Source: Candidatus Stahliibacteriota bacterium (GTDB lineage Bacteria; Hydrothermota; Tepidihabitantia; SM23-42). Taken from it: a stretch of 35,992 nucleotides of DNA. The stretch lies in assembly GCA_030606265.1 (NCBI GenBank), contig JAUWGT010000003.1:1-35992 (forward strand), read 5' to 3'. Positions 35,897 through 35,992 of the stretch are shown in pieces (within the stretch, counting starts at the first letter, position 1; each line of letters starts with the position of its first letter). The notes beneath the pieces are model-generated. The model worked only from the letters and a program-made list of their open reading frames with translations, did not search any database and was not told the DNA's origin. The position numbers were made by a program, and so were the translations under genes.

Positions 35897-35992
35897 TACG
35901 TCAGGAGCAAAGCGACATGTCTTCAACAAAGTGTGTCTCCAACAGAGTATGTTCTCCGTTTCACCGTTTCTCCCATGCTCCGTTTCATATAT

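Overview
AT-rich bacterial chromosomal window of mostly core genes. The T9SS-type C25 protease and DGGGP-synthase-like UbiA suggest the FCB superphylum, possibly WOR-3-like (inference only). Gene order: MFS 3' end, nikR, tRNA-Pro(GGG). Next is a minus-strand block of ruvX, mltG, two paralogous 754/806-aa proteins ending in divergent class III nucleotidyl-cyclase-like domains, a REC-GAF-GGDEF diguanylate cyclase, then a CBS protein and two paralogous CPA2 antiporters. Then come ubiA-like, uppP, an S9 peptidase, a WrbA-like flavodoxin and a gingipain-like C25 protease; a tdh-acpS-acs-acp-kbl cluster; an FAD oxidoreductase; tgt split by a -1 frameshift at an A9/A-AAA-AAG site; pilMNOPQ, rsmD, coaD, a lipoprotein; obg-HEAT-dprA; and a putative outer-membrane protein. 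The best candidates for undescribed systems are (1) the translationally coupled pair of atypical class III cyclases linked to a DGC and (2) a carrier-protein module (PPTase, acetate-type AMP ligase, ACP) inserted between tdh and kbl. Also notable: nine sigma70-type promoters share a 16-bp spacer, several genes look leaderless, two genes probably start at CTG/ATA, and there are nested REP/MITE elements.
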